Shown: positions 29,917-39,075, numbered from the stretch's first letter. The stretch: DNA of 64,000 nucleotides from Clostridia bacterium (GCA_045606045.1 JAZURE010000032.1:9863-73862); one strand, 5' to 3'. Notes: generated by a model from the sequence alone, not told the origin. A program made the numbers and translations.

Positions 29917-30943
29917 GGTTTGAGCCCTCCAATTCCTTATAGAATTTAATCATTTTACGCCGCTCGTGGTATGTATTCCCGCGAGCTGCATTTGCAAGCC
30001 AAGAAACGAGCGACTCGCGCGTAGTGCCTGGCGCATAGTCGCCGCTTTGCTCTTTGGCATATAGCTTTTTGAGCTTTCGGCGTTGCTTTCCTTGTTTCTT
30101 TTTATCCATTTTGCGTATAATCGCTCCCGAGTCGGTAACGATAAAACGCCATTGCAGCAGCTTTACGCCCTGGCGGAGTGGATAAAGCGAGGTTTTGCCG
30201 TTGAGCTGTAGCCCGATAGCGTTTACTTGCTTTTCTATCTCTGCGCGGCAATGCTGCAAAAATTCCTTGTCCTGGTGGACTAACACAAAGTCGTCCATAT
30301 ACCGTATATAATGCTTTACTCGGAGCCGCTCTTTTATAAAGTGGTCGAGGTCGTCGAGTACAGCAAGAGCTACGAGCTGCGATACCTGGGAGCCGAGCCC
30401 GATACCCGTATCGCCGCCGAAAGAGTCTACAATTTCGCAGGCTCGAGCCGCTATTTGCGTGTCGGTAACGCGCTTACATATTGCAGCCTTTGCTATATCG
30501 TGGCGTATACTCGGGAAATAGTGGTGTATATCACATTTAAGCACCCACCCGTCGCAGCCGTGAGCTTTATAATAACGGCGTAGATGTGCCGTCATACGGT
30601 TTAATGTATAATCGACTCCGCGCCCGCGCAGGCAGGCGCAATTATCGGTTATAAAAGACTTTGTTATCTGCTCGTAGAGTCCGTTATCACATAGCGAGCG
30701 TGGAAATTGTCGGTCTTTTAAGCGAGTTGCTACAATTTCCCGTCGTTTCGGCTCGTATATGGTAAAGTGTTGGTACCTATCTATTCTATATTTGCCGTTT
30801 AAGAGGCTTTCTCTCAATCGGTAAGTATTTTTTAAGGCGTTGCCCTCATAGCCTACGGTACTATCTTTCCAACGGATATTACGGCAGCTTTGTTTTAACC
30901 CCTTGTAGAGGTTGTCAAAAGATATAACTTGATTATAAGACAT
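29879..30943 (-). CDS. diversity-generating retroelement reverse transcriptase
   Basis: 354 aa with RT motifs including IRYMDDFVLV (YMDD) and an SQ-containing motif 4 (GLGSQVSQL). It is immediately 3' of the TR. Confidence 0.9.
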   Translation of the reverse strand: MSYNQVISFDNLYKGLKQSCRNIRWKDSTVGYEGNALKNTYRLRESLLNGKYRIDRYQHFTIYEPKRREIVATRLKDRQFPRSLCDNGLYEQITKSFITDNCACLRGRGVDYTLNRMTAHLRRYYKAHGCDGWVLKCDIHHYFPSIRHDIAKAAICKRVTDTQIAARACEIVDSFGGDTGIGLGSQVSQLVALAVLDDLDHFIKERLRVKHYIRYMDDFVLVHQDKEFLQHCRAEIEKQVNAIGLQLNGKTSLYPLRQGVKLLQWRFIVTDSGAIIRKMDKKKQGKQRRKLKKLYAKEQSGDYAPGTTRESLVSWLANAARGNTYHERRKMIKFYKELEGSNREQQLPQTPRPG

Positions 30944-31237
30944 ATTAAAAAGGCGGACGCATAAAAAGGACTACCTCGTAAGGTACCTTTGTCGCCCGCA
31001 ATATTCCCTCCTTTTCGGAGGTAGGACGGTCGCTCCTTGTGTGAGCTGCGCTGCTTTGGTCTTTCGACTACTTGAAAACGGGCTTTTCTCACAATCGGGG
31101 GCGACTCCGTTAGCATTGTTCGCGTTGTTGTTGTTCAACGCTCCCGAGGTATTCACATTGCGCTCGTTGTTCGCGTTCCCAGGGTTAGGGGAACGGAGCC
31201 AACAGTTACGCGCCGAGCCAAAAAAATAGCAACCGCC
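30944..31237 (-). ncRNA. DGR template RNA (TR plus spacer region between avd and the RT gene)
   Basis: Noncoding interval that contains the TR and a downstream spacer with hairpins (for example CCTCCGAAAAGGAGG). The exact extent is inferred. Confidence 0.6.
31091..31219 (-). repeat. DGR template repeat (TR)
   Basis: 129 bp collinear with VR1 and 96 bp collinear with VR2. All differences fall on TR adenines on the coding strand. The frame is AAC-rich (NANNERNVNTSGALNNNNANNANGVAP). Confidence 0.92.
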
Positions 31238-31648
31238 CTACATTTCTTTGTACTTTTCCTTGTCGGACTTTATCCAGGCTTTTAATAAGTCGTCTGTCTT
31301 GAGTATTAACCCCGTCCAAAACTCTACTTTATCGCCCGAAATATAGCCCGCTCCGTATGCGTCGTCGATAAGGTCTAATAGAGCGTCAAGGTGCGCGTGC
31401 GCTTTGACTTGCTCCATACGGCGGTAGTTGTATTCCTCGGCATTTGTTACATATACCGAGTTCGCGTGCCGTATGCAAACACAAGCCTCGCGTACCTCCG
31501 CAGCTATCGGAGCCGCATACAGCCAACGGGTGCTCTTTGGAAAGTGTTTATCATTCTTTAATTGACTTAAAGAATAGTTTTTAAGCTCCCGCGCTTTATT
31601 TAATACTTGCAGCTTGCCCTCGCCTCTGTCGCCTTTCCTAACGCTCAT
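31238..31648 (-). CDS. avd: DGR accessory variability determinant (Avd), four-helix-bundle type
   Basis: 136 aa, located between the target gene and the TR, with a basic helical sequence ending ...LLKAWIKSDKEKY. Confidence 0.75.
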   Translation of the reverse strand: MSVRKGDRGEGKLQVLNKARELKNYSLSQLKNDKHFPKSTRWLYAAPIAAEVREACVCIRHANSVYVTNAEEYNYRRMEQVKAHAHLDALLDLIDDAYGAGYISGDKVEFWTGLILKTDDLLKAWIKSDKEKYKEM

Positions 31649-31666
31649 ATTAAAACCTCCTTTTAA

Positions 31667-31684
31667 CCGCCTCTACCGAGGCGG
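31667..31684 (-). promoter_or_regulatory. GC-rich hairpin downstream of VR1 (DGR homing hairpin/cruciform candidate)
   Basis: CCGCCTC-TACC-GAGGCGG: 7-bp stem, 4-nt loop, 20 nt from the VR1 end. Confidence 0.7.
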
Positions 31685-31692
31685 ATTGTCGA

Positions 31693-33708
31693 TTATGCGA
31701 TTATACAAGCGGGGGCGACTCCGTAAGCATTGCTCGCGCTGTTGCCGTACAACGCTCCCGAGGTATCCACATTGCGCTCGTGGTACGCGTGCCCAGGGTT
31801 AGGGGAACGGAGCCAACAGTTACGCGCCGAGCCCGCCGCGTCGTATTTGATACGCTCGGTATCGGTTAAGCCCTCGTAAAACTCTAACAGCGTACCGTCC
31901 TTATAGGTCGCGCTGTCGTAGGTACCGTATATTTCGGGACGAGAAAGTAAGAAAAATCTGTCCTTTAATGTGTATACCTGGTTTGTGGCAAACTCTGTAC
32001 CGTCGAGGCTGTTTACCTCAAAAATAGAGTTAGCACGGCAAGGGATAGCCGCAGGCTGCACTACCGCCAAAAAGTCGGCAGGCAAGCCGCGCACAAAGCC
32101 GTTATAACTTGTATTCCAAGAGGGCGGACGGTCAAAAACAGTAGTAGGAGCCCATACGCCGCCCGCTGCTGCGTCGCTGTTTAACCATTGACGAGCCGCG
32201 CTCTGTGCGTAGTTATTCGAGCCGTACCGTATGCGGTGCGTGTGGTTAAGGTTTTCTACGGTACCGTCAGCTACGCCGAGGCTTGTACCGTCTGCGGACT
32301 CTGTTACAGCTACGCTCTCAATAACCGCCGTAGCTGCATTGCTTGCGTATGTACTGATTTTTGTATCGGTGCTTTGCTTTTGGTAGCCCCAGGGGAACAT
32401 AATTACGCCGCCTGCGGGTACGGGTTTTGTAAGTGTAAACGAAAGCGTTTTGCCTCCGCCGTATGTCGTGTCGTAGCCTGCAAGCAGGGTAAAATTATAA
32501 GTGCCTGCGGGTAATTCCTCGGCAGCATAATAAAGAGCCTCCGTAGCGTCAAAAACAAAGCTACGATATGTACCGTTTGCGGTGCCGTATACATACTTTG
32601 TTTCGAGCGTCATTGTATGAGTGAGCTTTTTATTTGCTGCGATATGGTTGTCGTGTCCTCTTACAACCCAGGTAATAACCGCTCCCGTAACGGAGTCCTC
32701 TGTAGTAAACTCATAACCAACGGGAAAGAGTGTAGCTCCAAGCCCGAGGCGTACAGCGTTTTTAACATCTTCCCAGGTCTTAATAGCCGTAAGAGTGTCA
32801 ATATGTACGCTTGTTTGCACGCCCTCTCTGTCTGTTACGGTAATAGTTGCTCCCGTAGCCGTCTGCTCTGCGGAAATATTAACATTTTCCGCGCCCTCGG
32901 CTGCCTCTGCTGCTGCGTTAGCCGCGTCCGCTGCCTTGTTGGCATTTTCTGTAGCAGTATTTGCGTTGTCGGTAGCAGTATTTGCCGCTCCCGCTGCGGT
33001 GTTTGCCGCTCCCGCTGCCGCGTCCGCTGCTGTTTTCGCGGTGTTGGCTGCGTCTGTCGCTGCGCGAGCTCCCATTGCTGCCGTATCGGCGTTTGTGGTC
33101 GCTGTATCTGCATTGTTAGCCGCTGTATTAGCCTTTTTTGCGGCTGCGTCTGCCGCTGCTTTTGAGGTATTCGCAGCCTCGGCGGCTCCGTTGGCTGTTT
33201 CAGCTGCTGTTTCGGCTGTTTCGAGTGCCTCTGTAGCGTCCTCTACGGCTGCGGCTGCATCTTTTGCTGCCTGGTCGGCTGTAGTAGCCGCTCCGTTAAT
33301 CTTATTAAAAGCGTCTATAAGGGCGTTATACTCGTCGGAGGAGGCGGGAGCGTCCTTGTCAAAGGCTGCGCGCTCAACATCTATATAAAATGTCTGAGAG
33401 CTCAAGAGCTCCTCTCCCTTATAAAGTCCGATTTCCGCAGCAGCTACGCCAGGAGCAGCGAGAGCTTGCGCTGTGAGCTCGGCAATAATAACGCCGTTTT
33501 CGATTTTAGCGTCGTTTAATACCGTGTGCCCGTCCGCTTTTGTGAGCTGCAAGCGAGGAGTAATGCCCTCCTCGAGTGCGTAGCTCTGTCCGCCGTTAAG
33601 TGGCGTAATTTCAAGAAAACGGGTTTTATTATCGTTCTGCTTTGCAAAAACGGTAATAGGCATTGTATCGCGTCCAAAATCGAGGTTTATTTTTTGCTTA
33701 ATCTCCAT
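31693..33708 (-). CDS. tail fibre/receptor-binding protein, DGR target 1 (BppU-like N-terminus, Ala/Asn/Thr-rich stalk, C-terminal CLec-type variable domain)
   Basis: 671 aa. The N-terminus (MEIKQKINLDFGRD..) resembles the baseplate upper protein N-domain. The C-terminus ...CWLRSPNPGHAYHERNVDTSGALYGNSASNAYGVAPACIIA contains VR1. Confidence 0.85.
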   Translation of the reverse strand: MEIKQKINLDFGRDTMPITVFAKQNDNKTRFLEITPLNGGQSYALEEGITPRLQLTKADGHTVLNDAKIENGVIIAELTAQALAAPGVAAAEIGLYKGEELLSSQTFYIDVERAAFDKDAPASSDEYNALIDAFNKINGAATTADQAAKDAAAAVEDATEALETAETAAETANGAAEAANTSKAAADAAAKKANTAANNADTATTNADTAAMGARAATDAANTAKTAADAAAGAANTAAGAANTATDNANTATENANKAADAANAAAEAAEGAENVNISAEQTATGATITVTDREGVQTSVHIDTLTAIKTWEDVKNAVRLGLGATLFPVGYEFTTEDSVTGAVITWVVRGHDNHIAANKKLTHTMTLETKYVYGTANGTYRSFVFDATEALYYAAEELPAGTYNFTLLAGYDTTYGGGKTLSFTLTKPVPAGGVIMFPWGYQKQSTDTKISTYASNAATAVIESVAVTESADGTSLGVADGTVENLNHTHRIRYGSNNYAQSAARQWLNSDAAAGGVWAPTTVFDRPPSWNTSYNGFVRGLPADFLAVVQPAAIPCRANSIFEVNSLDGTEFATNQVYTLKDRFFLLSRPEIYGTYDSATYKDGTLLEFYEGLTDTERIKYDAAGSARNCWLRSPNPGHAYHERNVDTSGALYGNSASNAYGVAPACIIA
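31705..31833 (-). repeat. DGR variable repeat 1 (VR1)
   Basis: 129 bp with 11 mismatches to the TR, all at TR adenines. Confidence 0.92.
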
Positions 33709-33727
33709 TTGAAAGCCTCCTCAAATT

Positions 33728-33979
33728 TTATTCGGTAGCCTCGTAGCCCGCTACGATATTTTCCCTCTCCTCGATTTCAGCCTCGAGCTTTGCTTTTTCA
33801 GCCTGGAGGCTTTCGAGGTCGGTACCCTCTGCTGCATTATCAATCTGCTTGCAAAGGTTTTCGTATCTACGCTGCGCATTTGCGAGAGCGTAGAGGTCGT
33901 CGGACTTTTCATAGATAACGCGCTGTACCTCTACGCGCTTTCCGTTTTCGTATTTTGTGCTTGTAATTTCGGTTGTCAT
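33728..33979 (-). CDS. hypothetical coiled-coil protein
   Basis: 83-aa ORF within the tail module. Confidence 0.45.
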   Translation of the reverse strand: MTTEITSTKYENGKRVEVQRVIYEKSDDLYALANAQRRYENLCKQIDNAAEGTDLESLQAEKAKLEAEIEERENIVAGYEATE

Positions 33980-34003
33980 AGGTCTACATCTCCTTTATAA
34001 AAA

Positions 34004-34399
34004 TTATTCAAAGGTAATAAAGCCCTCAAGGGCTCCTATGGTTTCGGGAGCTATAAGCTGCTCTCCGATTTCCTCGGCAGAGATAGTAATAAACGGTATT
34101 TCTATCTGCGCGTCGGTTTCTCCGAGCTCCGCGAGGCGTTTGTGGTATTCGTCCCTTGTCGCTATGTCGGCAAAGGTAATACGCCCGTCGCTCGATACTT
34201 TAGGATTGCCTTTTTCGTCCTTTGCGGCGAGCTCTCTTATGAGCTTTGCCTCCTCCTGGGCGAAAAACTGATACTCCGCCTCGAGGGTTTTATACATCTT
34301 GTGTATATCTCGGGCGGTTGTGTATGGCAAGCGTAATTTTTTAAGCTCGCCAAGCGCGGGGGCCGCTTTAATTATTTGTGAGTAGTTCATTTTTAACAC
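34004..34399 (-). CDS. hypothetical phage protein
   Basis: 131-aa ORF within the tail module. Confidence 0.5.
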   Translation of the reverse strand: MLKMNYSQIIKAAPALGELKKLRLPYTTARDIHKMYKTLEAEYQFFAQEEAKLIRELAAKDEKGNPKVSSDGRITFADIATRDEYHKRLAELGETDAQIEIPFITISAEEIGEQLIAPETIGALEGFITFE

Positions 34400-34405
34400 T
34401 CTCCT

Positions 34406-35746
34406 TTATGGTATCGCGTTAAGTTCGTCCCTTAACGCATTTAAGCCCGCTGCCGTTACGGTGTCGCCGCTGCTTACCGTATAGAGGTAGGAGCCGTAGC
34501 CGCTTATGCCTTTTATAGCATTTACGGCTTGATTATACATTGCGGCGGTAAAGTCATTGCCTTTGTAAGCATAGGTAAAGCTGTAGCTGCTCAAGCCCTT
34601 ATACTCTCTAAAAGCGTTTATACGCGCCGTTAATGCGTTCCACTCGGCAGCAGTAAGGTTAAAGCTGCCGCCGCTTGTTTTGGTGTAAGTCCAGGAAAAA
34701 TTACTCGGTCTTACCGCTGCTGCCTCGGGAGGTTGTATGTATAGGTCAATAACGCCCGTACTGCTGCCGCTGTATTGGCATATCCACACATAATAAGTAG
34801 TGCCTGCGGTTACATTGTAGGTTATAGCGAAATTGCTACTCGGTCCCGAGTCGTCGTCCTCCTCTATCGGAGAGGACGGCGCGCCGTTTGTTGAGTCAAA
34901 CGCGCTTGAGGTGCTTAAAAAGCCGTATGTGTCCTCGTCGCCCATTGTAAAGAAATTAGCCTCGCCGCTATTTTCAAAGCTAACCGAGTATCTCTTTATT
35001 TGTTTTGCGCTCAAAGAAAAGCTCGCGCTTTTTTCCTCGCTGATTGTCCCGAGTGCTCCCGACGATACCGTCCAAGATTGCCCTGGAGGCTCTATATATA
35101 GAGTCGTTTTGCCCGTTGTAGAGCTTGAGTAGCCTCTAACCCAAATATAATAATTTGTGCCTGCGGTAACATTGTAGGATATAAAAAAGTTTGGTGCGCC
35201 GTTTGTGTCGTCGTCCTCTTTAAGAGGAGAGGAGGGCGCGCCGTTCTCACTATCCCACCCCGTAGAGGTGCTCAAAAAGCCGTAAGTATCTGCACTTGTG
35301 CCCTCGGTGTAAAACTTTGCTGTCCCGCTATTTGCAAACGATACTTTGTATCTATATAACGAGTATTCACTCAAGGAAATAGAAACGCTTTGCAGAGTAG
35401 ATAACGACGAGCTGAAAGTATACGGGTATAGTTCCCAGGAGTCGGAGGGCTCTACATATTCCTCCTCGCCCTCGGCGCGGATATATATATCCTGGGTGCC
35501 CGAGTAGGTAAACGGGTTTGAGTAACTGTATTGTACTGTGCCCGAGGTGCTGCCTAATCGGTATACCCACCTTGTAAAATTACACCCGCTCGCAGGGTTT
35601 GCGGTAAACCTTATGCTATAGCTAAAACCACTTAACGAGAGTGTGTCGCCGTTGTCTACGGTATAGCTTTGGCTAATTCCATAGACATAAATATCCGTAG
35701 AGGCGATAGTTTCGTCGTTTCCGTAACAAGTAAACGAAAAGCTCAT
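34406..35746 (-). CDS. tail-associated protein with two pre-peptidase C-terminal (PPC)-like domains
   Basis: 446 aa with an internal duplication: ...Y(R/S)VSF.NSG.A.F.T.G..DTYGFLSTS...DS.NGAPSSP.(K/E)EDDD.....NF.I.YNVTAGT.YY.W......STG...LYI.PP occurs twice. Confidence 0.55.
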   Translation of the reverse strand: MSFSFTCYGNDETIASTDIYVYGISQSYTVDNGDTLSLSGFSYSIRFTANPASGCNFTRWVYRLGSTSGTVQYSYSNPFTYSGTQDIYIRAEGEEEYVEPSDSWELYPYTFSSSLSTLQSVSISLSEYSLYRYKVSFANSGTAKFYTEGTSADTYGFLSTSTGWDSENGAPSSPLKEDDDTNGAPNFFISYNVTAGTNYYIWVRGYSSSTTGKTTLYIEPPGQSWTVSSGALGTISEEKSASFSLSAKQIKRYSVSFENSGEANFFTMGDEDTYGFLSTSSAFDSTNGAPSSPIEEDDDSGPSSNFAITYNVTAGTTYYVWICQYSGSSTGVIDLYIQPPEAAAVRPSNFSWTYTKTSGGSFNLTAAEWNALTARINAFREYKGLSSYSFTYAYKGNDFTAAMYNQAVNAIKGISGYGSYLYTVSSGDTVTAAGLNALRDELNAIP

Positions 35747-35761
35747 ACATATACCACCACC

Positions 35762-38356
35762 TTACCCAAATACCGCAACAGAGGTACCGCTGCCCGCGTG
35801 GTCTAATACCCAATCTTGAGTAGCGAGTAAATAGCCGTTTGCGTATATCATAGGCTCGTCATATCCCGAGTCGTTACCTAAACCCGTAAACCTTACAGAG
35901 GAGGCGCTAAAATACAGTCCCGTAGGCGACAAGCTGCCTAAATGGTCGCCGACAGTTCCCATTTGTGCGCCGCTGTTAAAGATTATAGACTTTGTACCGC
36001 TTGCGGAGCTTGAGCCTATATACAGATTTCCCGCTACTTGAGCAATATTTGTACTTATTCGGTCTGCGCTTATAGTGCCCGTAGTGATATTCGCGCCGTT
36101 AATTGTCGTATAGCCCTCTGTTTCGAGGTCGTCGAAAGTAACAACGCCCGAAAAGCTAACAGAGGCGGAGTCGATAGTAACGCCGTTATGCTTTATGCGT
36201 ATTGTGCTGCTCGTACTGCCGTTTGTGGTAGTAAGAGTAATACCGTCGTATATAGCGTCGCCTGCCGCCTCGTAAGCCTCGTCGTAAACCTCCGAGCTTT
36301 TAGCATAGGCTGTAAGGTCTATTTTGCCTGCGTTAATTGATACGGAGCTCGTGTCGTCGTTAATTGCCGCAATAATGCTCGCGCTGTCAATTACATTTCC
36401 GCCGCTTGTAGATGTTACAACGAGGGAGATTTTGTCCGCGAGCTGCGTAATTTCGGAGGACATTTCCGTTTTCGTCGGGTATGAGGTCAGCTTGCCGTCC
36501 GTATACTCATTTGCGCCGCTTTCTGCGTCAGCCGCCAGGGTTTCCGCATAGGTGCGGGCAGCCGTTACGGTCAAGCTGATAGCGTCGGCTGATTGCTTAA
36601 TCGCGGAGGACATTTCCTCGGTAGTAGGGTAAGCCGTGAGCTGCTCCTCGGTGTAGTCGTTGGCGTTGCTCTCCGCGTCCGCTGCCAGGGTTTCGGCATA
36701 GGTGCGAGCTGCGGTTACGGTTAAGGCTATTGCGTCCGCCGATTGCTTAATCGCGGAGGACATTTCCTCCGTTGTGGCATAATCGGCGAGCTTAACATTT
36801 ATAGAGCTTAATAACTCCTGGTCTGCAACCTTGAAAGCCTGCGTTACAGAGCTCTCTACATTGCCTATAGCGTCTGTTACCTCTTGCTTATACTCCGCAG
36901 AGATAGCAGAGGCTTTTACGCTGTCAGCTTGCAGCAAAACGCCGTTAAGAGTTCCCGCTGTGATAAAGTCGGCTACGATTGCGCCGTCCATTGTCATAGC
37001 GAGAGCAAACTCTCCATTATAACCCGTAGAGGAGTACCCGAGTCCGCCGCTATTCCAACGCCATACTTTTACTGCCTCCTCAATAGTAGGCGCGTCAAGT
37101 ATGAGTATTTCTTGCGGCTTTTCTGCGGGGTTTAATACCACATATCCGCCCGAGTGCCCCGTAATAAGGTTTGTAGCGTTCAAAATAGCCTTTTTGAGCT
37201 CCTCGGAGGCTTTGGCTTGCCCTTTCCTTATTGAGTCCTTAATTTGCTCAATAGCGTTATTTTGAGCGTTTATAGTGTCTGCAAGAGTGCTCTTTGCGTC
37301 GCCGAGCTCTACGCTTTCGTATTTCTCCGCCAGGGAGTCGTAAACGGTCTTAATAACCTTTGCAGAGGCATTAACGCCGAGCTGCGAAAAGTGTACCGTT
37401 ACCGTGTCGCAGAGCTTAACCCTCTCAAGCGGTGCAATGTTTTTATATTCCTCTGTTTGCCATAACTGAATAAAAGAAACGGTTATGCTTACCTTTGGCG
37501 TGCCGAGTCCCGCTCCCGCTGCGTATGCGGTTGCTTTTTCCCTCAAGGCAGCCTCGGTAATTTTCTCGTCCTCTCCAAACTCTGCGGAAAAGTCCATAAT
37601 ATAGGCTTTGCTGTGTCCGATATTCTCGGCTTTTTGGAGTGGCAGCACCTTTTCCGAAAGGAAAACATATACCTCTTGCTTTTCTTCGTCGTCCTCGCCG
37701 TCCTCCTGGTATACAGCATAAGGCATTAAATGCGTATAACAATCGGCTATATTAGCCTCTTGCTTGAGGTCTTTAAGGTTTTTGCCGTATTCAATGAGTA
37801 CGCCGTTATCCGCTCCGCGCTGCTCGTGCAGCTTAATAACGAAATTGTCAAACTCATACTCTCCGCCCCATACATCAAGGACGGAGCCTTCTTGTCCGCC
37901 CAGGATAGCGCGGACAGAGCAGGGAGTAGGAATACTCGTGCTGTTGAGCGTTGAAATGTCGCTTATAACACTAAACGGGCAAGGCAAGCCCGCCTCCTCG
38001 ATAGCGCGGTTAATTGCCATTTGTGGCGTTGCACTTTTAATAGAAAAACCGAGAGTTGGTATGCCGTTTAAGTCGTAGCTGATGTGCTCCGCAGAATATG
38101 TAACGAGCCCCTTTAACGGCTTGCTCGATTTATATACGCGGAATAGCTGCGGCTCGCTCGTTTCGTTGGCTTTAGCCTTAATAATGCAGCCCTCGGTAAT
38201 TTTGTCGTACCATTGCCCCGTAATAGGGTACTGCAACGAAAGCTCGTAGCTCCCGTTGCGTTCCTCTGTTACCGTAGCTTTTGCGGTATCTCTTAAAAAG
38301 CCGATACCATTGTGCAAAAAGTCGGTTTCGTTTTTTGCGTATAAAATTGGTATCAT
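35762..38356 (-). CDS. tail-associated lysin/minor structural protein (Tal-like)
   Basis: Start at MIPILYAKNETDFLHNGIG.L, the typical N-terminus of siphovirus tail endopeptidase/minor structural proteins. It overlaps the Dit stop. The C-terminal half is repeat-rich and fibre-like. Confidence 0.75.
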   Translation of the reverse strand: MIPILYAKNETDFLHNGIGFLRDTAKATVTEERNGSYELSLQYPITGQWYDKITEGCIIKAKANETSEPQLFRVYKSSKPLKGLVTYSAEHISYDLNGIPTLGFSIKSATPQMAINRAIEEAGLPCPFSVISDISTLNSTSIPTPCSVRAILGGQEGSVLDVWGGEYEFDNFVIKLHEQRGADNGVLIEYGKNLKDLKQEANIADCYTHLMPYAVYQEDGEDDEEKQEVYVFLSEKVLPLQKAENIGHSKAYIMDFSAEFGEDEKITEAALREKATAYAAGAGLGTPKVSITVSFIQLWQTEEYKNIAPLERVKLCDTVTVHFSQLGVNASAKVIKTVYDSLAEKYESVELGDAKSTLADTINAQNNAIEQIKDSIRKGQAKASEELKKAILNATNLITGHSGGYVVLNPAEKPQEILILDAPTIEEAVKVWRWNSGGLGYSSTGYNGEFALAMTMDGAIVADFITAGTLNGVLLQADSVKASAISAEYKQEVTDAIGNVESSVTQAFKVADQELLSSINVKLADYATTEEMSSAIKQSADAIALTVTAARTYAETLAADAESNANDYTEEQLTAYPTTEEMSSAIKQSADAISLTVTAARTYAETLAADAESGANEYTDGKLTSYPTKTEMSSEITQLADKISLVVTSTSGGNVIDSASIIAAINDDTSSVSINAGKIDLTAYAKSSEVYDEAYEAAGDAIYDGITLTTTNGSTSSTIRIKHNGVTIDSASVSFSGVVTFDDLETEGYTTINGANITTGTISADRISTNIAQVAGNLYIGSSSASGTKSIIFNSGAQMGTVGDHLGSLSPTGLYFSASSVRFTGLGNDSGYDEPMIYANGYLLATQDWVLDHAGSGTSVAVFG
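36430..36795 (-). repeat. about 2.4 tandem copies of a 150-bp (50-aa) repeat inside the Tal gene
   Basis: GATTGCTTAATCGCGGAGGACATTTCC recurs at 36591 and 36741, with a diverged copy near 36455. The protein repeat is TTEEMSSAIKQSADAI.LTVTAARTYAETLAADAES. Confidence 0.8.
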
Positions 38357-39075
38357 AAGCAGCACCACCTCGGCACGATTTCGAGCTGCTCGACATTGCC
38401 AACCCAAGAAATAACATTGTTACCAGGTAGCAAGGTAGGAAAGCCCGCTCCCGCCATTTTGTTATTTTGCGGCTGTACGCCTTTGTAGGCGTTCATAATA
38501 TCGGAGTCAATCTCGATATACTCGTCTATATCCGAAAAGGTAAACGAGTCATTATTTACGGTTAATGTAATGTCCCCGCTGCCGACGATTTTTATATACG
38601 GAGCAGAGGGGTAATACTCTGCATTATAAAGGCTGCCCGCCTTTGTGAATACGACGGGCTTTTGTCCCTCGAAAGAATACTTAAAAGGCTTGCAATTAAA
38701 AGACAAAGACAAAGAGCCCAGGTCGCGGAGCTCTTGCTCTATGTCTACCTCGTCGGAGTAGGAGCCCAGGCGGAAATATTTTCCGTCGTAGCTGTCCCAC
38801 AAAGGGAAATAGCCCTGCTCCGCCAGGAGCCAACCTTTTATTTTGTGTGCAAGCTCTACAAACTCAAAGGCAGTATTATTAAGCAAATTACACTTATACG
38901 GGACGGAGATATTTTTATAGCGTCCGTTGTCCGTGATAAGGTCGCCGCTGCGCCCTGGTACGCTTGTATAGCTTACATCACGAGAGGCTCCCTTGTAGGA
39001 GCCTTTCTCGGTTATAAGTAAGCCAAACTCAAGGGAGCTGTGGTCTTTGAACATAAAAAACGGTAATTTTTCCAT
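38353..39075 (-). CDS. distal tail protein (Dit)
   Basis: 240 aa located between TMP and Tal, with a siphovirus tail-component-like N-terminus. Confidence 0.7.
   Translation of the reverse strand: MEKLPFFMFKDHSSLEFGLLITEKGSYKGASRDVSYTSVPGRSGDLITDNGRYKNISVPYKCNLLNNTAFEFVELAHKIKGWLLAEQGYFPLWDSYDGKYFRLGSYSDEVDIEQELRDLGSLSLSFNCKPFKYSFEGQKPVVFTKAGSLYNAEYYPSAPYIKIVGSGDITLTVNNDSFTFSDIDEYIEIDSDIMNAYKGVQPQNNKMAGAGFPTLLPGNNVISWVGNVEQLEIVPRWCCL

Noticed and set aside
30971-31156. 61-aa minus-strand ORF (MNTSGALNNNNANNANGVAPDCEKSPF...) in the ORF track.
   Set aside because: This is the DGR template repeat read in the target-gene frame. It has no RBS context and sits in the avd-RT noncoding interval, so it is annotated as TR/ncRNA and not as a CDS.
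32617-33388. Long plus-strand ORFs (182 and 197 aa, Ala/Cys/Ser/Val-rich), plus a 92-aa Gln/Arg-rich ORF on the minus strand in an alternative frame.
   Set aside because: The two plus-strand ORFs are antisense to the Ala/Asn/Thr-rich stalk of the DGR target gene. The 92-aa ORF is a same-strand alternative frame of it. GC-rich repetitive coding sequence keeps other frames open, and none of the three has an RBS.
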